Part shown: in pieces, positions 40,701-49,689 of the stretch | Layout: the number at the start of each line of letters is the position of its first letter | Numbering within the stretch: the stretch's first letter is position 1 | Source: a virus | Lineage: Duplodnaviria; Caudoviricetes | Virus record (IMG/VR): IMGVR_UViG_3300033121_000954 | Location: 32,001-96,000 of that record | Length of the DNA stretch: 64,000 bases | Direction: 5' to 3' (one strand) | The notes under the pieces: model-generated | What the model saw: only the letters and a program-made list of their open reading frames with translations | The model's database searches: none | Told to the model about the DNA's origin: nothing | Program-made: the position numbers and the translations under genes

Positions 40701-40934
40701 CTATTTATTCAAATACCAATGCGAAAGTTCTAAATCTTTCCATTGTTTATAATCATAATTACTCAATACAATCAGTGTAGTATTAGTGTTTTCCACATTC
40801 ACTACTTGAGCAAATCGCATTAAATCAGCAATGGCCTTTTTATATTCAGCAAATGCGTATGCTTCAATCAATTGTTCAGTTGCATCTGGAAATTCAGCAT
40901 GCCGTTGAATAATATTTTTCGGCGTAATATTCAT
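40701..40934 (-). CDS. Hypothetical protein
   Basis: 77 aa ORF. Confidence 0.5.
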   Translation of the reverse strand: MNITPKNIIQRHAEFPDATEQLIEAYAFAEYKKAIADLMRFAQVVNVENTNTTLIVLSNYDYKQWKDLELSHWYLNK

Positions 40935-40936
40935 GT

Positions 40937-41197
40937 TCAGTTATAAGTTTTGCCGTCAGGTGATTGTCCGCCTTTTAGCCAACTTTTAACATCAGCATAC
41001 CAAGGCATAGTTCTAAACTCATTTATATGCTTGTTCGCACCAAATTTTCCAACCCATTTAAGATTATTAACCATTTCAAAGTGTGTTGAATCGTCACCCT
41101 TTGTTAGATACCAAGTGCCATTCTCGTCGGTAATATTGATAGTCATGGACGTATCATTTTCCATAAGAATTTCTTTAATTATTTGTTTTAAGTTCAT
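40937..41197 (-). CDS. Putative internal head protein
   Basis: MNLKQIIKEILME leader; AGGAG upstream. Confidence 0.55.
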   Translation of the reverse strand: MNLKQIIKEILMENDTSMTINITDENGTWYLTKGDDSTHFEMVNNLKWVGKFGANKHINEFRTMPWYADVKSWLKGGQSPDGKTYN

Positions 41198-41208
41198 TTT
41201 TTCTCCTA

Positions 41209-41260
41209 CAAAGGTAATGGTTAAAATTTAATTGTCAAGATCATTAACAATTTGTTATGA
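41209..41260 (-). promoter_or_regulatory. Bacteroidota-type promoter with TGTTAA element
   Basis: TGTTAATGAT-CTTG-N19-TACCTTTG. Confidence 0.7.
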
Positions 41261-41734
41261 TATTATTTTTATCTGATTTTTATTAAAAACGACATAATTG
41301 TTTGCAACGATATTACCAGCAAAAATATCTCCATACGAATCTTTAATGTCGTGCATTATAATTCCATCCAAATCATCGTCAACAAATCCGTTATACCAAT
41401 CATAGTAACCCAATTCCTCACGCATTTCATCGTCAATACCGTATTTTTTTATATCATCCGATATACCCTTAATCAACTTTGCAAATTGAGACGGGACATA
41501 GTGCTTTCCCATGAAAGTAATTGTTGATCCTCCATCAAAATCTACTTTAAGTGGATTGTCTAAATCTAACTTGGCCTTTATAATTATATTGCCATACGAC
41601 TTAGCGACTTTAATATCGTCAGAAAAAAATATAGGCTCGGAATCATTAAACGAACTAAATTTGGTATTAGTACCATGATAAACTATCAAACTGTCTTGTA
41701 TCTCGTTTAATAGTGGGGCTAATTTCATATTCAT
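41255..41734 (-). CDS. Putative ART-fold protein (polyvalent-protein type) with leader
   Basis: VYHGT..F..F, IFFS...A.SY, NPL, DGII, YVVF...QIK; MKLAPLLNE. Confidence 0.6.
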   Translation of the reverse strand: MNMKLAPLLNEIQDSLIVYHGTNTKFSSFNDSEPIFFSDDIKVAKSYGNIIIKAKLDLDNPLKVDFDGGSTITFMGKHYVPSQFAKLIKGISDDIKKYGIDDEMREELGYYDWYNGFVDDDLDGIIMHDIKDSYGDIFAGNIVANNYVVFNKNQIKIIS

Positions 41735-41748
41735 ATATAATTCCTATA

Positions 41749-42597
41749 TTATATTTTCTTACTTGCTTCGGCTTGAGCCTTGGCTGCGTCTGCCTGTGCT
41801 TTAGCCGCTTCTGCTGCTGCTTGCGCTGCTTGCGCGTTTGCGATTGCGGCTTGACTTGCAGCCTTATCCGCTTCGCTTTGCGCTTTGGCGGCTTCTGCTT
41901 GCGCTTTGGCCTTTTCTTCGGCGGCTTTTACTGCTGCAATTTGAGCACTGGCTTCTGCCTTGGCACTTTCCGCCAACGCTGCACCAGTTTTAACATTTCC
42001 TTCCATCGTTTTTAACGCTTCTGAGTTGGTCACGTCTTTGAAGTCTTCTGTCCAGTTTGCTTCTTTATCAGGTATCTCTTCACTTGCAAGTTCAATCTGG
42101 TTACATTCTTTGTCTGACACTACACGAACGGAAAGCAATGTCTGATTTCGCTCAGCAAGCATAACTTCTAATGTTTTGTAATTTGGTATTTTCTTTTTCT
42201 TTCCGTCCAAATAAATATAATAAGTGTAATTTTCCTTATTTGTTGGGGTACTGTTTTCAGAAACACACCTGAAAATTTGACCTTCTGCCAATGTAAATTT
42301 GTCTGGTGGAATTATAGATGGAGGTACAAAATAAGAAAATCCAGTATCAATATATTGTGCAAAATTGTCATCAAATATTTGGGTTTTCCTCGGAACAAAA
42401 TTCAAATATAATTTTTGCTTTTCCGTTGGAATTATGTATGTTCCAGCACCATTCCGGGTGGACAACGTATAGTTTTGTTTATCTATATTATCTTGTGTAA
42501 TAAATTCGTAAGTTTCACCTTCTTTTGGAATGGTAATTAATTTCGCATTGCTGGATAGCAAATCGTTATACACAATATTTGAAAGTGTTATTTCCAT
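41749..42597 (-). CDS. Hypothetical protein with Ala/Lys/Gln-rich helical C-terminus
   Basis: 282 aa; AKAQAEAAKAQ-type repeats. Confidence 0.6.
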   Translation of the reverse strand: MEITLSNIVYNDLLSSNAKLITIPKEGETYEFITQDNIDKQNYTLSTRNGAGTYIIPTEKQKLYLNFVPRKTQIFDDNFAQYIDTGFSYFVPPSIIPPDKFTLAEGQIFRCVSENSTPTNKENYTYYIYLDGKKKKIPNYKTLEVMLAERNQTLLSVRVVSDKECNQIELASEEIPDKEANWTEDFKDVTNSEALKTMEGNVKTGAALAESAKAEASAQIAAVKAAEEKAKAQAEAAKAQSEADKAASQAAIANAQAAQAAAEAAKAQADAAKAQAEASKKI

Positions 42598-42598
42598 T

Positions 42599-42961
42599 TT
42601 ATTTAATCAAGTGTTCCACTTTTTTCCACACAGCGATTGCGGCTTTTTGATTTAATCCAATCCTGATGACTTTTATCGGTGTGGTCGGTTGTGTAATTTT
42701 GTAAGCAAGTTGACGGTGATGTCCATCAACTATATAATTATCAATTGAAATAACAATTGGCGGCATTGGTTTACCTTGCCGGATTTCCTTTGCAATGCGG
42801 ATGACTTTTTCTTTATCAACTTGATGCTGAGAGTGGTACAATTCAGATGGAAGTACATTAACAACCTTCACCCCAATGTTGTTTCGTTTTAGAACATTTA
42901 TCGCATCAGTTAGTTCATTACCAGCAATTTGTGGCATGACGTATCGGTTTACTTTGGTCAT
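42599..42961 (-). CDS. ParB/sulfiredoxin-like N-terminal domain protein
   Basis: PPIVIS.DNYIVDGHHR..A. Confidence 0.75.
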   Translation of the reverse strand: MTKVNRYVMPQIAGNELTDAINVLKRNNIGVKVVNVLPSELYHSQHQVDKEKVIRIAKEIRQGKPMPPIVISIDNYIVDGHHRQLAYKITQPTTPIKVIRIGLNQKAAIAVWKKVEHLIK

Positions 42962-43332
42962 TTTGGCTCTCTATACATCAATTCTGATATTGTAAAATCT
43001 TTATTTCTTCCCTTATTTAATACAAATCCAAACCGTTTATAAAATTCAATGAGTCTGGATTGGCTGGTTGTGCCATGTCGTTTGTCAATCAGTCCGGGTG
43101 TCAATACGATTCTCTTTTTTAATCTATCGGCGTATTCACACAATTCATTCAACACTTTAGTCCCAACCCCATTTCCTTGATTTTCCTTGCCGACAATTAT
43201 CGTATCTAATTTTATATAATCTTTATGTTCATATACATGAAACGCCTTTAGACCATATTTTGTCTCTATCGCATTTGCCCAAGATTCTATACTTTCGGAT
43301 AAGATTTCTTTTATTAAATTTCGTATTGTCAT
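42958..43332 (-). CDS. GNAT acetyltransferase with leader (start revised to ATG 43332)
   Basis: QGNGVG acetyl-CoA motif, LIEFYKRFGF; MTIRNLIKEILSE. Confidence 0.78.
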   Translation of the reverse strand: MTIRNLIKEILSESIESWANAIETKYGLKAFHVYEHKDYIKLDTIIVGKENQGNGVGTKVLNELCEYADRLKKRIVLTPGLIDKRHGTTSQSRLIEFYKRFGFVLNKGRNKDFTISELMYREPK

Positions 43333-43333
43333 A

Positions 43334-44464
43334 TCAATTCCTGCGGATTCTAAAAATATGATTGTCATCAGTCACTCTGACAGTATCCCCACCATCAAAC
43401 TCGGATTTTATTACAATTTTATAATATCGTTCTGGCAAAAATGACCCACAATCAAGTTTTATATAATTACCCGAACTATCACAATTTACTTTCGTTCCAA
43501 CAGTGTTGAAGGGGACAATTACTTCGTCCGTCGCAACATCCTGAATTTGAAAATATGAACCTGTTGGAAGTCGTTTTGAATTCAAATAATTAGAACTTGT
43601 TGCATACGTTTGAATTGGAAAACGCTCCCTGATATGTAACCGAACTTTTGGTTTTTCTGCATTTGTGTAAGTTTCTCGTAAATTCTTTGTATCCAACACA
43701 AAATCATCACTTCCAATCTCATTAAATGAACCAGTCCCGCTTAGATTTGTATCATTCCAATACACCTCAAGACGAGGCAAAAATATAGTATGAGATTCGT
43801 TTGAAAAGAATTGCAAAGATTGAAATACTGTTGTATCAAATTCGTTTGCATCAGAAAGTTTTACAACAAACCCCTGATTTACAATTGATCCCGCCAGCCA
43901 AGCATTTACCACATTGGTTACGTCCATTCGCATATCTGGAGATTCATTTTCAAATGTTTGACTTGCAGAATAATTTGTAAACCAATTGCCACCGCCATAC
44001 ACAGTATCGTAACTTCCAGTAGAATTTGCATTGTAACTGGATGTTGTCCACTGCGTACCAGTTACTTTATCGCTACGATATTTCCAAGAAACTCCGTTGG
44101 ATATTTCGGGCAAATTGCTGTAATGCCCTGTGCCATTTGTCCAACTGCCAGAAATTGGGTAAGCCCATAATGTATAACGGATTGGTAAATCTGTGGCAGT
44201 CGTTGCCTTCAATGTCAGGAAATATTGTGCAGTATTGCTATCAATCTTACCCGATACAATTGAACTTGAAATATCACTTAAATCAAATTTGATAAATATA
44301 CGAGAATTTAATGTATTGGAATAATACACTGTATCATCACCCACAATGGATGGATTACCAACTGTCGCTTTAGTTATTTCCAATATTTCATCCGCGCTCG
44401 CATTCTTATTTGGAAATTGAGAGTACAAGACGGTATCGGCGGTTGGATAAATTATTTTATACAT
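43334..44464 (-). CDS. Structural protein (DNRLRE/CBM96-like)
   Basis: SRIFIKFD, MDVTNVV.AW, NQGF, FFS.E, PRLEVYW. Confidence 0.6.
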   Translation of the reverse strand: MYKIIYPTADTVLYSQFPNKNASADEILEITKATVGNPSIVGDDTVYYSNTLNSRIFIKFDLSDISSSIVSGKIDSNTAQYFLTLKATTATDLPIRYTLWAYPISGSWTNGTGHYSNLPEISNGVSWKYRSDKVTGTQWTTSSYNANSTGSYDTVYGGGNWFTNYSASQTFENESPDMRMDVTNVVNAWLAGSIVNQGFVVKLSDANEFDTTVFQSLQFFSNESHTIFLPRLEVYWNDTNLSGTGSFNEIGSDDFVLDTKNLRETYTNAEKPKVRLHIRERFPIQTYATSSNYLNSKRLPTGSYFQIQDVATDEVIVPFNTVGTKVNCDSSGNYIKLDCGSFLPERYYKIVIKSEFDGGDTVRVTDDNHIFRIRRN

Positions 44465-44474
44465 TTATAATTCC

Positions 44475-46340
44475 TTAAATTTCAACACATCTCACTCGTA
44501 TATCCCGTTTTAAAAACTGAACGGTGAAAATACTTGGATCAATTGGAGGGTAAATTACACGGTCGCGAGTCGCAACATCAATATCATATTGATTGCCACT
44601 ATATCCTTGATTCACATCAATCAAATTAGTAAATTTTATATTACGAATTGACTGAACACCATCCACCAAATCAAGTTTTGAAACTATATTTGAAATTATA
44701 ATCGGAGCATTGATATTCATGTTCATCGGATCAAATATTTCAATCAATTTTTCCAACACCCGCAAAGATACCTCATTACTGTTTTCAGATGGACGAGCGA
44801 TGATTTCACAATCCACTCCAATGTTTATTATGAACGGGTCTTTTATCTGGATTGCGTCGGTCATCAGTCGGTATTGTGACAAATATTTCTTCAAATTTTG
44901 CTTTATTGCTTCATTACACGTTACCAATTGCCCCGATCCATTCAGAGACAATACATACAAATTAAGTGAATAAATGTTTGGTATTCTGTCTGACCTCCAA
45001 CCACCCAATTGACTATCCTGTTCAATGTATGCTTTAGCAACTGCTCCATATTTTGCGGGCATTGTAAAGCATCGTATAATATAGTCCTCTTTTGTAACTG
45101 CTCTATTCTGTGTTGCAAAATTTGCAATTGCTTCTTCACGAATTATATTAAGAGGCTTTCTATTCTGTCCACCAAACGCTCCGTTTGGATTATTTATGGA
45201 TAGACTGTCTTTAATGGTTTGCAAAACTGTCGGGTCTGTGGAATCAACCGGATCAACAATATCACTTTCAAGAATTCGGGTGATTGTATTTGCATTCACA
45301 TTGTCCGAAATTCCGCTTGTAGTCGCATATCTAACAGTGAGTAAGGTATCTGATGGTGCAGTACCATAAGTCTTGGTGTAGAGGAAATTAAGGGGGTCTA
45401 ATGACACGTCCGAAATCCTTTCAAAATAGTTCAATCCAAGACCGACATTGAAAGGATTGGGTACAATTTCCTCATCTGCTTCGGCACTCATACCTGCACC
45501 GAACTGAATTTCAAATGTGTTGTCCGATCTCAATCTCGTTACAAACCTATGTTCAGTTTGTTTGTATGTCAATAAATATGGAACTGAACTTCTATGCTGA
45601 CTAAGGACAGGATCGTTGTATGGTAAATTGCGGTATGGTATTGCTACCAAATCTTGTGCTAAATAAGGAACCTCGTACCAAATATTTGTATCCGAATCTA
45701 CAATATCAATAATTTCAGTCACGTTAGTTTCCGGAATTACAATCTTATCATATATCTTTGGTTCACCAAATTGAAAAGTAGCAGTCTTCATCTGCCCACT
45801 GACTGCTTTCACTCGTTTTTTCAGCAAATAATATTCAATTGCGCCATCGTTTGTGACGGAATATGTTGTGATAGTAGTTGGGTCTAAACTTGAACTGAAT
45901 CTAAAATCAACAGAGTCTTTAGTATAAAAGAAAACTGCATCGGTATCCGTTGTGGAGACGCGCATATTATCTTTGATAAATAACGCATATCTAAAATCGG
46001 GCTTAGTGTTAACTCCTTCTCCTATACTCGGAATTAACTGAAAAACATCCAAATCCACAGATGCGGGTACGACTGTTTTTGCAGAATAGCCCATTGCACG
46101 AGAGAGATTGTAAATATTTTTACGTTCCTCCGCCAGTGTTAATAAACTTTCCTGAAGGTTGATGTCACTTGAAAAATTGAGGACATCCGTTACATACGCA
46201 ATACTTTCCAGCGTAGCAATTAGTGGATTTGCTTCATTGAAATCTGAATTTGCGTTTGGAAAATACTGCTTGAAATAGTTAATCAGTGCAGTTCTATTCT
46301 CAGCAAAATCTTTATAAAGAAATTTTACATTGCGTTTCAT
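44475..46340 (-). CDS. Baseplate wedge subunit (T4 gp6-like)
   Basis: DFNE, MGY, IQFG.G, GG, QNRAVTKEDY. Confidence 0.85.
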   Translation of the reverse strand: MKRNVKFLYKDFAENRTALINYFKQYFPNANSDFNEANPLIATLESIAYVTDVLNFSSDINLQESLLTLAEERKNIYNLSRAMGYSAKTVVPASVDLDVFQLIPSIGEGVNTKPDFRYALFIKDNMRVSTTDTDAVFFYTKDSVDFRFSSSLDPTTITTYSVTNDGAIEYYLLKKRVKAVSGQMKTATFQFGEPKIYDKIVIPETNVTEIIDIVDSDTNIWYEVPYLAQDLVAIPYRNLPYNDPVLSQHRSSVPYLLTYKQTEHRFVTRLRSDNTFEIQFGAGMSAEADEEIVPNPFNVGLGLNYFERISDVSLDPLNFLYTKTYGTAPSDTLLTVRYATTSGISDNVNANTITRILESDIVDPVDSTDPTVLQTIKDSLSINNPNGAFGGQNRKPLNIIREEAIANFATQNRAVTKEDYIIRCFTMPAKYGAVAKAYIEQDSQLGGWRSDRIPNIYSLNLYVLSLNGSGQLVTCNEAIKQNLKKYLSQYRLMTDAIQIKDPFIINIGVDCEIIARPSENSNEVSLRVLEKLIEIFDPMNMNINAPIIISNIVSKLDLVDGVQSIRNIKFTNLIDVNQGYSGNQYDIDVATRDRVIYPPIDPSIFTVQFLKRDIRVRCVEI

Positions 46341-46349
46341 TTATCGTTC

Positions 46350-46823
46350 CTATTGCACGATTGTTGAAATCGCGCCCCCTTCTTGAAATATCGTTATTGT
46401 CTTATTTGCATTGCTATTCTCAACGCTAAACGTAATTATGATTTGTATTGCATTTTCCGGGTCTCCATTAACAGATACATCGGATGTTGGGCGACCTTTA
46501 ACTACAATACTATGGTTTTTAATATATGGAAGCCAATACGCCGACTGTCGTTCTATTTCAAATTCTATTTCAGTTCTAATTGATTCGGTATTTTGTTCAA
46601 ATAAATAGTCTTGTAGTCCAACTCCAAAATTTATCTGCATGTACCGCTCACCTTTTCGGGTCAATAACAGATTTATATAATTTGTTACTGCCTGATCTTC
46701 AGTAGTCCTACTCATATTAAAAAACCCACCAACCGTTTTTGTTTGTAAACCGTTGGTAGGGAGTTTAATTCCTATGAAGCCATAATCTTCTCGCTCGTCT
46801 TCTGGATAATATTTAATTGGCAT
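46350..46823 (-). CDS. gp25: Baseplate protein, gp25 family
   Basis: NLLLTRKGER...FGVGL..YLFE, WLPY. Confidence 0.85.
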   Translation of the reverse strand: MPIKYYPEDEREDYGFIGIKLPTNGLQTKTVGGFFNMSRTTEDQAVTNYINLLLTRKGERYMQINFGVGLQDYLFEQNTESIRTEIEFEIERQSAYWLPYIKNHSIVVKGRPTSDVSVNGDPENAIQIIITFSVENSNANKTITIFQEGGAISTIVQ

Positions 46824-47002
46824 TATGTGTCCTTAATCATTTTTTTGATAGTATCAATATACCAAATACAAAATCCAGCAACTCCAAAATAAAATACATC
46901 AGTTATTTCAAAATAAATGAGTGATTTTCCTATTTGGAGTGCCATGAATCCAGTAAGTACCGCAGTTATAAACCATGAATAAAATATTGATAGTTTACTC
47001 AT
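46823..47002 (-). CDS. Small two-TM protein (59 aa, not in ORF track)
   Basis: Manual translation MSKLSIFYSWFITAVLTGF...; coupled to both neighbours. Confidence 0.5.
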   Translation of the reverse strand: MSKLSIFYSWFITAVLTGFMALQIGKSLIYFEITDVFYFGVAGFCIWYIDTIKKMIKDT

Positions 47003-48006
47003 TTTCTATCTCGTAATTCTTTTGTTTTATCAATAACGTATCTCTTGATGGATTCTCCATCAGATAATTCTTTTACTTTTTTTAGTATATCTTCAATGGT
47101 TTGTGCAGTTTCAATGGTCTCGGGAAGTGCTAAATATGGCATCCCAGGAACACCTCGGTGATTTTGGTATAAATTTACAGCCCAATAAGGAGTTTTCATA
47201 AATGTTCCTCGCGTAAACACCAACGAAATGTTGTCCATTAATTTTATTCGGGCATCTTCCCCATTCCAACTAAGTCCTAACTTGTTGGCTAAATAAGTGG
47301 TCATATCCTGCTTTTTGAAGACCTTGCTCACCGAAGTTGTTTTGAATTTTTCCAATTTAACTTTTGGAAAGGCGATTTCTGGCTTTGTAAAAATATCGTG
47401 GTTTTGGGTTCTGGTATAATTGGTTTGGGACAATTTGAGTTTTTTACTGTTGAAGAACCCATACGCAACCACGACAAGCGGGTAACTTATATTACCACTC
47501 CCGCTTCCAAGTGAAGTTGTTTGCGTTACATTGCTCAGCAAACATGAGAACTCAATTAAAAATAATATCCCACGATCACCATTTGAAAATTCTGCCGCCA
47601 GCGAAATATACTCCGCATAGTCCGACGCAGATTTTGGAGATGTGCGGACGATTCTGGATGTAAATGGCTCGTTGTAAACAGATTTAAAATACGATTCAAA
47701 CGCACTTAAATTAAGTTTGGATTTTAGTTGCTCCAATACTTCAAATGCGAGTTTTATATTTTTCTCGGCAGTCTGTGCTCTGTTAGCAGATGATGTCGTT
47801 GCCAATGTTTGTTTTTCTAAAAATTCCTTTGCCGCAATTACGTCTCGCATCGCTTCATCACTTCCTCCACGATCTGGATGAGACTTGATTGACGCTTTGC
47901 GAAATGCCGTTTTTATGTTCTCTGGAGTCAGTTCATTCTTAGATAATCCGAGCACTGCCAACGCACGATCAAACGTAATTTCCAATAAAAGTTGTTTTAA
48001 TTTCAT
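46999..48006 (-). CDS. J-domain (DnaJ-like) protein with leader
   Basis: VLGL..IKTAFRK...SHPDRGG; MKLKQLLLE. Confidence 0.8.
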   Translation of the reverse strand: MKLKQLLLEITFDRALAVLGLSKNELTPENIKTAFRKASIKSHPDRGGSDEAMRDVIAAKEFLEKQTLATTSSANRAQTAEKNIKLAFEVLEQLKSKLNLSAFESYFKSVYNEPFTSRIVRTSPKSASDYAEYISLAAEFSNGDRGILFLIEFSCLLSNVTQTTSLGSGSGNISYPLVVVAYGFFNSKKLKLSQTNYTRTQNHDIFTKPEIAFPKVKLEKFKTTSVSKVFKKQDMTTYLANKLGLSWNGEDARIKLMDNISLVFTRGTFMKTPYWAVNLYQNHRGVPGMPYLALPETIETAQTIEDILKKVKELSDGESIKRYVIDKTKELRDRK

Positions 48007-48008
48007 AT

Positions 48009-48521
48009 TTAACCTACCTTATTTAACCAACTCATATCTTCGTCATCACCAGATGAATGCCCCATGTCTGAATCATCAGCAATCATAGCAAAGATTTTTG
48101 ATTTTACTGCCGAATTTGGTTGAGATTTGAACATTCCACTATAATCGCGATTCATCGCTTCCATCACACCTTTAACGCCCGGATTTGAAATGTTGGGACG
48201 GCTGCCGTCCAACCCAGAAGTTACAACAATAGGAGTTTGTTCATCTATATATCCAAGTCGCGAAGCAATATCTTGTTGTTCCGATATTGGCTCACATTCA
48301 GACAGAATTGAGTTTAACATCGGGTCGTTTGAATATTTAATTCCCCGTTTGGGCTGTTCAAAAACCAAATTTTTGCGAAAGTTCTTTTGAACTTCCACTA
48401 AATTGTTTGGTTTTGCTTGTGGTGTTTTCATTTCGTTCAATAACTGAGCCTTCAACTGTTTGAACTCTTCCCTAACAGCCTTTTGAATGATCTCAGTTAA
48501 CATTTTTTGGAGTTTTGTCAT
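48009..48521 (-). CDS. Hypothetical protein (start revised to ATG 48521)
   Basis: AGGAG upstream; DPMLNSIL.E and AMNRDYS motifs. Confidence 0.6.
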   Translation of the reverse strand: MTKLQKMLTEIIQKAVREEFKQLKAQLLNEMKTPQAKPNNLVEVQKNFRKNLVFEQPKRGIKYSNDPMLNSILSECEPISEQQDIASRLGYIDEQTPIVVTSGLDGSRPNISNPGVKGVMEAMNRDYSGMFKSQPNSAVKSKIFAMIADDSDMGHSSGDDEDMSWLNKVG

Positions 48522-48659
48522 TCTACGTTCTCTCCTATAAATTTTGCGATACCAACATGCAATTTTCTTGCCATTGAGTGAATTCATATTGGTCAGCGAC
48601 ATGCTGCCAGTCTGTATCTTTGGAACACCTTTCCAAGTATTCTTGATATATAATATTCA

Positions 48660-48887
48660 TCATATTTTAATTCGTTGTAAGAATAGTTCTTTCGTTTCTT
48701 CGTATTCAACCTCATTCCAGATTTCAAACATGGACCAATAATTACCAGACCTGAGAAGGTTGACCGTATTTAATTCAGTACGAACAAACTTTTTGATTTG
48801 TTCTAAATCAATTTGATCGTAAAATATATCAAACATCTGTTTGAACATGTGCGACCCTTCAAAAAATGAAATCCGAATACGTTTCAT
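48660..48887 (-). CDS. Hypothetical early protein
   Basis: Directly downstream of the promoter at 48908-48959. Confidence 0.6.
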   Translation of the reverse strand: MKRIRISFFEGSHMFKQMFDIFYDQIDLEQIKKFVRTELNTVNLLRSGNYWSMFEIWNEVEYEETKELFLQRIKI

Positions 48888-48907
48888 GTGTTGTAAATTT
48901 TATACAA

Positions 48908-48959
48908 CAAAGGTAATCACATTTTAAATACCGTACAAATCATTAACACATCGTTAAAT
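48908..48959 (-). promoter_or_regulatory. Bacteroidota-type promoter with TGTTAA repeat
   Basis: TTTAA-N5-TGTTAATGA-TTTG-N20-TACCTTTG. Confidence 0.8.
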
Positions 48960-49688
48960 ACTAAAAGTTCTAACTACTTCAATTGCGGTTTTTGGAATCG
49001 TATTTAGTGTAAAGTATCCATGCCCTTTACTATTGGGATCCTTATAAATTTGAAAATAATTTGGGATTAATCGTGTACTTATTTTCAAAATGGTAAATTG
49101 TCCATCTCTACTTTTTTTCCATGCGTTTGGATTGTTTCTTATCATCAACTCCACTTCATCATCACTTCTGCCCAAATAAACTCTTGGTGGGTGATTGGAT
49201 GTTACAGAGTGCGATTTAGGTATCAACCCCAAAGTCATAATTTTCAGGGCACGTTCTCGTGAAGTAATGTGATATAAAAATTGCGGTATTTTCTCAACTC
49301 TAATATCATACTTGGCTTCAAATTTTATCATTACAGTATCAAATTCTGGATATCGCTCATTGAAATAAACTTCCTCGTATTTACCTTTGTCCTTAATCTG
49401 GTTGTTTACCATGTAATAAACGTAAGATGGAATCCACCCCAAATTATTTGCAAGTGCAATTATTTCATCGGGTGTACGTCTATTATCCGAATCAATCAAA
49501 ACGTGAAATACATTTTTATCTTTATATTGGTCACATTCAACTTTATGATTTTTTAAAATTGATATAGTTTTGTCAAGAGGCCATGTCTTCAACAAGCCTT
49601 CGTTTAACAAATTTTCCTCTATAAATACATCATATTCGTCGTCATCGTCTATCATATTGATAGTATCAATTATACTGCGAATTTTCAT
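48954..49688 (-). CDS. Protein with C-terminal KptA/ART-like NAD-binding fold
   Basis: LYHIT....I...GL.P, RVYL, IP..AI. Confidence 0.55.
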   Translation of the reverse strand: MKIRSIIDTINMIDDDDEYDVFIEENLLNEGLLKTWPLDKTISILKNHKVECDQYKDKNVFHVLIDSDNRRTPDEIIALANNLGWIPSYVYYMVNNQIKDKGKYEEVYFNERYPEFDTVMIKFEAKYDIRVEKIPQFLYHITSRERALKIMTLGLIPKSHSVTSNHPPRVYLGRSDDEVELMIRNNPNAWKKSRDGQFTILKISTRLIPNYFQIYKDPNSKGHGYFTLNTIPKTAIEVVRTFSI

Positions 49689-49689
49689 A

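Noticed and set aside
41760-41980. GC-rich repetitive stretch
   Set aside because: Explained by Ala/Lys/Gln-rich coding sequence
46823-47002. Holin call for the small two-TM ORF
   Set aside because: No adjacent endolysin and no family-specific signal
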